From an uncultured archaeon (GTDB lineage Archaea; Asgardarchaeota; Heimdallarchaeia; Heimdallarchaeales; Heimdallarchaeaceae): a DNA stretch of 29,356 nucleotides. How positions within the stretch are numbered: position 1 is the first letter of the stretch; each line of letters begins with the position of its first letter. Below are positions 8,753 through 15,806 of the stretch, one piece after another. The translations under genes and the position numbers were made by a program. The stretch covers positions 1-29,356 of the forward strand of contig CAZJUB010000031.1 in NCBI GenBank assembly GCA_964549075.1, written 5' to 3'. The notes beneath the pieces were generated by a model that saw only the letters and a program-made list of their open reading frames with translations, was not told the origin of the DNA and made no database searches.

Positions 8753-10078
8753 ATGAAAATAGCTATTATTGGAACGGGATATGTAGGATTAGTTACAGGG
8801 GCTTGTTTTGCAAGTAAAGGGCATGAAGTAATTTGTGTAGATGTTATCGAAGATAAAATCAAAAAAATAAATCGAGGTCAAAGCCCTATTTTCGAAGAAG
8901 GCTTAGATGATATGCTTAGCGATCTCGTTTCTCGAAATAAACTCTACGCTACTTTGAACTTAGAACATGCAATTTTAAAATCAGATTTAGTCTTCATTTG
9001 TGTAGGAACACCTTCAAAAGAAGAAGCGAAATATGATTATACTTACCTTGAGCAAGCGACAAAGGATGTTGGTTTAGTTCTCAAAGATTCTGATAAATAT
9101 AAGGTTGTAGTAATCAAGAGTACTTGCACTCCAGGAACAACTAATGATCATTTAAAACCTATACTCGAACAAACAAGTGGAAGGAAATGTGGAAAGGATT
9201 TTGGATTAGGTTTTAATCCTGAATTCCTAAGAGAAGGTGTAGCTGTCTACGATTTCTTGAATCCTGACAGAATTGTAATAGGAGGGATAGATAAGAAATC
9301 TATTTCTATGATTGAAGCAGTTTTTACAGATTTTAATGCACCAATTTTGAAAGTTGACCCAACAACTGCTGAGATGATTAAGATTGCTTCAAATTCGTTT
9401 CTAGCTATGAAGATATCATTCATCAATGAGATGGCTAATATAGCTGAAAAAATAGATTGTGACATAAAAGATGTAGCAAAAGGCATAGGAATGGATAGCC
9501 GTATATCTCCTAAATTCTTAGGTGCAGGACTTGGTTGGGGTGGAAGTTGTTTCCTAAAAGATATTAGCGCACTTTATCAACTGTCGAAAGAAATAAGTGT
9601 TCCCTCAAAGTTGCTTGAATCAACGATTCAGGTTAACAAACTTCAACCTTTGCGCTCAATAGAGCTACTTGAACGAGCACTATCTGATCATTCAGTTAAA
9701 GGAAAGAAAATTGCAATTCTTGGTTTAGCTTTTAAGCCTAATACTGATGATATGAGAGAAGCAGTTTCTATACCAATAATTCATGAATTATTACATAAAG
9801 GAGCGGAAGTCCATGCACATGATCCTGTTGCAATTGAAAATGCCAAGCTAATATTCGATTCTTCTAATTTTTATCTACATGAAGGTCCGGAACAAACCTT
9901 ATCTGGAGCTCATGGTTGCATAATTGTGACAGAATGGAGGATTTACTCAAAATTGTCCCCTAGAGACTTTATCAATAAGATGAAAACACCTATAGTGATT
10001 GATGGTAGAAGAATGTTTAATCCTAAAAAAATGAGAAGTAAAGGTATAAATTATTATGGAATTGGCTTGGGAAAATAA
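8753..10078 (+). CDS. ugd: UDP-glucose/GDP-mannose dehydrogenase family protein (UDP-glucose 6-dehydrogenase)
   Basis: MKIAIIGTGYVG Rossmann motif, CVGTP, KST, FNPEFLREG, GGSCF with the catalytic Cys, GLAFKPNTDDMRE and DGR. The start is placed at ATG 8753 rather than TTG 8678 because the family begins at MKIAI. Confidence 0.95.
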   Translation: MKIAIIGTGYVGLVTGACFASKGHEVICVDVIEDKIKKINRGQSPIFEEGLDDMLSDLVSRNKLYATLNLEHAILKSDLVFICVGTPSKEEAKYDYTYLEQATKDVGLVLKDSDKYKVVVIKSTCTPGTTNDHLKPILEQTSGRKCGKDFGLGFNPEFLREGVAVYDFLNPDRIVIGGIDKKSISMIEAVFTDFNAPILKVDPTTAEMIKIASNSFLAMKISFINEMANIAEKIDCDIKDVAKGIGMDSRISPKFLGAGLGWGGSCFLKDISALYQLSKEISVPSKLLESTIQVNKLQPLRSIELLERALSDHSVKGKKIAILGLAFKPNTDDMREAVSIPIIHELLHKGAEVHAHDPVAIENAKLIFDSSNFYLHEGPEQTLSGAHGCIIVTEWRIYSKLSPRDFINKMKTPIVIDGRRMFNPKKMRSKGINYYGIGLGK

Positions 10079-10095
10079 TACTTCCCACTGTTCAA

Positions 10096-12195
10096 TTATA
10101 TCTTATTTCTCAACACTATCTCTCTATTATAATCTGGGATCAAAATCTCCTTATGTTCTTTTCTTAACACAGTGTTATTAGGTGTATGTACCATTATTTT
10201 TTTACCTTCTATTTGGGAAATAAATCCATTTAATGAATCTGAATTTGTATGCCCACTTATCGGTGCAGAAAAGATTTTTTGGTGGTAGCGGTTTTTAGCT
10301 ACTGGTAAAGAATTTTGTAATGCAAATCCTAAAGTATCTGGAGCTTGATATCCACATAATAAAACTCCAGTATTTTCATCGTCTTTTGTATCATCAAGTA
10401 AATTCCTTACTGTTCCACCCTGAAGCATACCATGACCTGATACAACTATGTCACCTTCTTTGAAATTGTCAATAGATACATCTTTAACAATATCATATTT
10501 GCCTTTAATTCCCATAACCTTGGAGACTTCAGCAGCTAGACCTGTTGTTTTGATATTTTTGTTCTTTGAAATTCTCAACCTTTCTAAACGTTTAATCATC
10601 TCTTGTGTTCTACCTACTGAAAAAGCTGGTATAATTAATCTACTAGAAGTTTCTGCAGCTTGAAGAATAACAGTGTTTGGATCAGTTTTCGGGGTAGGTC
10701 TATTATAATAGGTTCCATCAAAGATTGTAACGTCACTATCAGTTGGAAAATTAGCTCCTTCAAATAATTCACTGGAATCTAAAGAGAAATCTCCAGTGAA
10801 GAAAATACTCTTACCAAAAACATCGATTTTATATCCGCAACTCCCAAAGACATGAGACGCATGATATGGTGATACTTCAAAACCTGGGCTCACTTCAAAA
10901 GTTTCATTAGGTGTAAGAGTATTATGAACATTAAAAAGATTGATTAAATGAGATTTTTTGAGATAAGTAGATTGCAGCGGAGAAGCCTTTTTCTTTGTGA
11001 TTCCATTCATTTTTATTATCGAACTAGTTGATTGTAATAGTTTCTCAGTCAAAATTTTTGTTGATTGAGTTGAATACCATTGTTTTCCATTTTCAGGAGT
11101 AATCAAATAAGGTAATCCTCCTGTATGATCAAGATGTGCATGAGTAACTAGGATGGCTTTAACATACTTCAGAGAAGGATGCCACCTTGGAATAGAGTTA
11201 TTTGATACACTCATCCCATAATCAATTAAAATCGCATTGTTATCATGTTGAATCAGAATACCCATATTACCAATATTTCCGCCACCGAGGAAAGTAATAC
11301 GTATTTTTTGTGCAACTGATGGACTGGAATAAGCTTGAATTGAAGCATATTCTTTGATAAGATCTTTAGGGAATTGAGCTAACTTTTCCATTGAAGCAGC
11401 TTTCGCATTAATATTGGAAAGATGACTCTGTAAAATTGGATCTACTACAGTAGGAACTACTGGAAATTTGTTCTCTTTATATTTGTTTTCTATCTTTTTT
11501 TGAAATTCTGCCATAGAAATTTTCTTTTTTAATTTAATTTCATTACTGAGATGTTTAGAATAATAATATGCTAAATCGTTTAATAGTCTCTGGTCAACAT
11601 GAAAATCAAGATATTTCAGAAGTTTAGGAGAAATTGAACTTGCTATCTCTTCTAAATATTGGGATCTATTCTTAAGATTTGATAAAATCCTATCTACTTC
11701 TCTTCCTATTTCTTTATCTTCATCTTTCAAGATTTCTTTCGATATGTTTTTTTGAGTTATTTTGGAAAAAGTAGAAAATTTTTGTGGTTTAACTCCTAGT
11801 TTTCTTATGTATTCTAAAAACGCATAATAATTGTATTTAATTTTCTTTTTGTTTGTATAAAGCCAAAAACTGTATACTAATATTTCTTCATCTAAAATAA
11901 GATTTGTTTCAAGTTCTTGGATAACTGCTCTATAGATTTCAAAGTTTATTGCATTGAGCCAATATAGAGTGAATAAGTAATATTCTGATACAGCTGAGAA
12001 ATTTTCTGTTAATCCTACCCATGCAATATCAAAAATGTTCATAATGTTAGAATTTTGACAAATGAAATAAGGATCCTTACTAATCTTTAGATATTCTTTA
12101 CAATCTTGGTAAATTTCATGATAAGTCTTCTTAAGTTTTAAGTCTGGTTTTAGTTTCATAAGAAATTCTAAGTAATTTGTCATATCGTTTGTCAT
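10096..12195 (-). CDS. MBL-fold beta-CASP ribonuclease (CPSF73/aCPSF-related) with a roughly 290-aa unassigned N-terminal extension
   Basis: ITFLGGGNIG, LIDYG, THAHLDH, SHVFGS, FTGDF, PAFSVGRTQE, GMLQGG, GYQAPDTLG, SGH and VH motifs all lie in the C-terminal 400 aa. Confidence 0.88.
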   Translation of the reverse strand: MTNDMTNYLEFLMKLKPDLKLKKTYHEIYQDCKEYLKISKDPYFICQNSNIMNIFDIAWVGLTENFSAVSEYYLFTLYWLNAINFEIYRAVIQELETNLILDEEILVYSFWLYTNKKKIKYNYYAFLEYIRKLGVKPQKFSTFSKITQKNISKEILKDEDKEIGREVDRILSNLKNRSQYLEEIASSISPKLLKYLDFHVDQRLLNDLAYYYSKHLSNEIKLKKKISMAEFQKKIENKYKENKFPVVPTVVDPILQSHLSNINAKAASMEKLAQFPKDLIKEYASIQAYSSPSVAQKIRITFLGGGNIGNMGILIQHDNNAILIDYGMSVSNNSIPRWHPSLKYVKAILVTHAHLDHTGGLPYLITPENGKQWYSTQSTKILTEKLLQSTSSIIKMNGITKKKASPLQSTYLKKSHLINLFNVHNTLTPNETFEVSPGFEVSPYHASHVFGSCGYKIDVFGKSIFFTGDFSLDSSELFEGANFPTDSDVTIFDGTYYNRPTPKTDPNTVILQAAETSSRLIIPAFSVGRTQEMIKRLERLRISKNKNIKTTGLAAEVSKVMGIKGKYDIVKDVSIDNFKEGDIVVSGHGMLQGGTVRNLLDDTKDDENTGVLLCGYQAPDTLGFALQNSLPVAKNRYHQKIFSAPISGHTNSDSLNGFISQIEGKKIMVHTPNNTVLRKEHKEILIPDYNREIVLRNKI

Positions 12196-12279
12196 AATTT
12201 ATGTCCTTCTAAATAATAAATAATAAAATATAATTATAGTTTTAATTTTAATTTAATAAATCAAAGAAGAAAGAGTTTT

Positions 12280-13173
12280 CTAATCTTCCTTAGTATCACT
12301 CTCAAGTAAGCTACTAAAAGCATCTCTTAGTTCATCTTGTAATGCTTCTTTCATCACTTTAGTTGATTTAGCTGGTACTGCTGGTGCAGACGATGGAGTG
12401 AAATCTTTTTCTTCTTCTTCGTCTTCTGTGAGTCTAGAAGCTCTTTTAGCTAAAGCATCTTTTACTTCCATATTGAGTGCCATAGATGCAGGCATAGAGC
12501 CTCCTCCTCCTACTGCAGCTTGCCTTTCTTGTCTGTGCTTCTCTGGATCGACTTTTGTAAGTCCTGCTCGAATATCTTGGATATCATCAGCACTTACACC
12601 AAATGGACTGAAAGAAGCTGGTGCTGGACCTCCTGCTGGGTCTCCTAATCCATCCGGTCCTGAAGTTGGTTCTGGTGCTTTCTGTAAATTTGCTGCAGCT
12701 TTTAACAAATCAGCACTACTGATACCAGCACCAGTTGCTCCTTGTGCTCCAGAAGGAGCTGGCATTGCACTCAAATCTGGCGCACCTGAATTTGCACTCA
12801 CTGCAGCAGTAAGATTTGGTGCGCTAGGTGCAACTGATAAGTTCGGTGCACCGATAGGTCCTGAATTTGTTAAATTAGGCGCTGCTGCTGAAACTGTTGT
12901 AGGCGCTGCTGCAGGAGTTGCTGCAGGAGCTGCTGAACGAACAGATAAAGTTGGTGCTACACTTGGTGAAGCTGCTACTCCTAATGCTCTTTCCACAGCG
13001 CTTATCCTCATATCTAAAGTATTAATATAATCCTCCATCCTCTCTGTTGATTTAACCATTATCGCTCCGAAATTTTCAATCAATCTAGTAAGCTTCATTA
13101 TGGCTTTCTTAGAGGGTTCCGAACTACCTGATAAGAGGCCATCTAGATAATCATCAATTGACACATGTATCAT
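12280..13173 (-). CDS. Pro/Ala-rich protein with N-terminal coiled coil, two WH2-like repeats and a VCA-like C-terminus (candidate actin regulator)
   Basis: Long ORF with GGAG 5 nt upstream of ATG 13173 and a TTTTATA box further upstream. Repeats GISSADLLKAAANLQKA and GVSADDIQDIRAGLTKV are followed by ALNMEVKDALAKRASRL-TEDEEEE. The CDS is secure; the function is inferred. Confidence 0.6.
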   Translation of the reverse strand: MIHVSIDDYLDGLLSGSSEPSKKAIMKLTRLIENFGAIMVKSTERMEDYINTLDMRISAVERALGVAASPSVAPTLSVRSAAPAATPAAAPTTVSAAAPNLTNSGPIGAPNLSVAPSAPNLTAAVSANSGAPDLSAMPAPSGAQGATGAGISSADLLKAAANLQKAPEPTSGPDGLGDPAGGPAPASFSPFGVSADDIQDIRAGLTKVDPEKHRQERQAAVGGGGSMPASMALNMEVKDALAKRASRLTEDEEEEKDFTPSSAPAVPAKSTKVMKEALQDELRDAFSSLLESDTKED

Positions 13174-13175
13174 GT

Positions 13176-13202
13176 AAACTCCAAAAATGTGATATAAAAA
13201 CT
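13176..13202 (-). promoter_or_regulatory. Putative TATA box and Shine-Dalgarno-like motif upstream of the WH2-like gene
   Basis: The minus strand reads AGTTTTTATATCACATTTTTGGAGTTTACATG: TTTATA about 20-26 nt and GGAG 5 nt before the ATG. Confidence 0.4.
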
Positions 13203-13248
13203 CTATGTTATTCCTCAAAACAAAGGCTAATGCGTAATTCTTGAATTC

Positions 13249-14271
13249 CTATTTTTCTAACTCAGAAATGGCTTCTAGCACAGTTTCAATGTGCTCAGTT
13301 GTTATTCCATAGTAAGTAACCATTCTAAAAAGTTGTTCTCCCATATTTGTAACAAGAACACCTTTATTCTTCAATCTATCATCTACATCAGCAGCTGAAA
13401 GATTACTCTTTGAAGTATCAATAATCACTATATTTGTATCGACAGGTTTGACAATAAAATCTTCAACTTCATTTAATCTCTTCCCAAGTAACTGAGCATG
13501 TTTATGATCTTCTGCTAATCGGTCTATCATGTTATTAAGAGCATAAATTCCTGGAGCAGCAATGATACCTGCTTGACGCATACCTCCTCCAACAACTTTA
13601 CGATTTCTTCTAGCTCTATGAATGAATTCTTCAGTACCTACTATGAGAGAACCTATAGGGCAACCTAAACCTTTACTCAGACAGATTTGGACACTATCAA
13701 CGTTTTCAGCAAATTTAGACGCTTTCATACTTGATGCTACTGTTGCATTAAATAGTCTAGCTCCATCAAGATGAACTGCACCACCATTATCATGAGCTAT
13801 TTTAGATAAGGAGTCAATATTGTCCTTTGGAATGATTTTACCTCCTCCTCTGTTATGGGTGTTTTCTAGACAAAGTAATTTTGGTGTCACTTTATGGATA
13901 TTATATGAAGCAGTGAAAATAGTATCAACATCCTTAGGATTCATTTGACCATTATCTCCTTCAACTAACAGAGGAAAACTACCACTAATTTGAGATATTC
14001 CTCCAACTTCATACATATTAATGTGACTCTCTTTTTCTAAAACTACTCCATCTCCTCGGTTTAAATGCGTCATATGTGAAACTAAATTTCCTTGAGTACC
14101 ACTTGTAACAAGTAATCCCGCTTCCTTTCCTAGCATTTTTGCAATTAACGCTTCGAGCTCAATTACTGTTGGGTCTTCCCCCCAAACATCATCTCCTAGT
14201 TTAGCTTGCATTATTGTTTCCATCATTTCTTTGGAAGGTAATGTGAAGGTATCTGAACGTAAGTCAATCAT
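13249..14271 (-). CDS. ltaE: Low-specificity L-threonine aldolase (PLP-dependent)
   Basis: MIDLRSDT, GDDVWGEDPT, SGTQGN, LENTHNRGGG, HLDGARLFNA, CLSKGLG (PLP lysine) and GGGMRQAG. Confidence 0.95.
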   Translation of the reverse strand: MIDLRSDTFTLPSKEMMETIMQAKLGDDVWGEDPTVIELEALIAKMLGKEAGLLVTSGTQGNLVSHMTHLNRGDGVVLEKESHINMYEVGGISQISGSFPLLVEGDNGQMNPKDVDTIFTASYNIHKVTPKLLCLENTHNRGGGKIIPKDNIDSLSKIAHDNGGAVHLDGARLFNATVASSMKASKFAENVDSVQICLSKGLGCPIGSLIVGTEEFIHRARRNRKVVGGGMRQAGIIAAPGIYALNNMIDRLAEDHKHAQLLGKRLNEVEDFIVKPVDTNIVIIDTSKSNLSAADVDDRLKNKGVLVTNMGEQLFRMVTYYGITTEHIETVLEAISELEK

Positions 14272-14295
14272 CACTTGGTGAAAGAAATGCAGATT

Positions 14296-14864
14296 TTAAA
14301 ACTTTACTCTTTTTGGCTTGGTAAATATTACAATCAAAAATATGTAAATTATTATTGGAACTACCATTTGTTTTAAGGTACTAGTGTTATCATTTTCTTT
14401 GATTTGAATTTGTAAAACAGTTGATGTATCTTGAATATTTCCTGCAGAAAAAGTAAAAGTCACTGTCGCATTACCTGTTTCCAAGAAAGTTAGATTAAAA
14501 CTTATTATTTGAATCTCCCCAGGTGCAAGATCACTAATTGAACCTTCTAAATATATTTCTCCACTACTAACATTAACGTTGGCTTCTACTTTTACATCTT
14601 TTATTTCCACCATAGTAAATTGACCCTTGTTTTTAACTGTAATGTTAACAGAAACTGGCTGATTTACAATAGCATTGTGGGATAAGTTTCGATTTGTAAA
14701 ATCTCAAGAATTGTTTCATTTACAATATTCTCTTCTTTTATGAGGAATCCAATTGAACAATCTGATGAAAATTTGTCAGAATCTGTATAAGAAGAAGGTA
14801 GAGATAATAAAATCAATAAAAAGATTGATGAAAGTATTATTGATATGTTTAGTAGCTTTTTCAA
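14296..14864 (-). pseudogene. Frameshifted gene for a small membrane-anchored CARDB/Ig-like protein (about 189 aa if repaired)
   Basis: The 66-aa ORF (TTG start after GAGGT, signal peptide) and the 105-aa ORF (C-terminal TM plus KPKRVK) join through a one-base shift near 14676-14682. The second frame reads NAIVNQPVSVNITVKNKGQFT-MVEIK upstream of its ATG, and later has ISDLAPGE; both are typical CARDB strands. Confidence 0.75.
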
Positions 14865-15023
14865 ATTAAAACCTCTAAATTTTCATTTAGTAGTTGATAC
14901 ATATCAATTGATTGGATAAAGCAAGCATATCCTAAGTATTTTTAATTTTTTACGTCTTAGCTTATTGATTTTTGTGAGACTGTTGGATAATATTATATAC
15001 TTGAAATTCATGCCTTATTCTGT

Positions 15024-15806
15024 ATGAAGATTTTCAAAATCTATTCTGAATATGCTAGAGCTTATCATGAGATGTACCAATCAATTTTTGATTATGAAGA
15101 GGAATTTAAAATCTATGATAAATATCTTTCAAAGATTAAAGCAAAGAAAGTTTTAGAACTCGGTTGTGGTAGTGGGAATTTAGCTAAATATTTTATTAAC
15201 AATAGCTACGAATATACAGGTTTAGATAGTTCTAAAGAAATGATCGCTCTAGCTAGGGAGTTTGTTTCAAATGGTAATTTTCTTCTTGGAGACATGCGTA
15301 ATATGGACCTACAAGAAACTTTTGATGCTGTTTTGGTTACAGGTAGAACCTTCACTCATATGACTACAAATCATGATGTAATGTTTGCACTTAATTCAAT
15401 TCATGAAGTACTCAATCATGAAGGTTGGTTAATTTTTGACAATTTTGATGCATCAGTAATTTTCACTGATTTTAGAGAAACTTCACAACATAAAGCAAGT
15501 TATGAAAATAGAAAATATCTAAGAACAAGTGAAACATCTTTTAATTTGGAACATGGCTGGACTTGGAATTGGAAATCTCATTATGAAATCTATGAAAACG
15601 AGAAAATAGATGAATTTGATGATGAAATAACTCTGAGAGCTTTTACAGAAGATGAACTTCGTTTGTTTCTTAGAATCAATGGATTCAAAGTCTGTAATAT
15701 GGAGAAATCTGCAAACGCAATACTTACCGTAGCTCAAAAAATAAATGAAAAGAAAACTAATGCTCAAAATATTTATTTCAAGCAGAAGTTAAATAATATT
15801 GATTAA
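15024..15806 (+). CDS. Class I SAM-dependent methyltransferase
   Basis: VLELGCGSG motif I, GLDSSKEMI, GDMRNM, FDAV and LNHEGWLIFD. Confidence 0.92.
   Translation: MKIFKIYSEYARAYHEMYQSIFDYEEEFKIYDKYLSKIKAKKVLELGCGSGNLAKYFINNSYEYTGLDSSKEMIALAREFVSNGNFLLGDMRNMDLQETFDAVLVTGRTFTHMTTNHDVMFALNSIHEVLNHEGWLIFDNFDASVIFTDFRETSQHKASYENRKYLRTSETSFNLEHGWTWNWKSHYEIYENEKIDEFDDEITLRAFTEDELRLFLRINGFKVCNMEKSANAILTVAQKINEKKTNAQNIYFKQKLNNID

Noticed and set aside
7333-12195. Idea that HD dNTPase plus beta-CASP nuclease form an antiviral system
   Set aside because: They are separated by an oppositely oriented ugd, both families have housekeeping roles, and no other defence genes are nearby.
12398-13030. 210-aa plus-strand ORF antisense to the WH2-like gene
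   Set aside because: Shadow ORF: GCN/CCN-rich codons on the real strand suppress antisense stops. It has no RBS or motifs, and the minus-strand gene fits the local gene orientation.
13174-13218. Upstream TTG start for the 312-aa ORF
   Set aside because: This region contains the TATA-like and GGAG motifs that point to ATG 13173 (or GTG 13164).
14894-14907. Palindrome TTGATA-CA-TATCAA in the divergent intergenic region
   Set aside because: The arms are only 6 bp in very AT-rich DNA and occur once; it could be an operator but is not distinguishable from chance.
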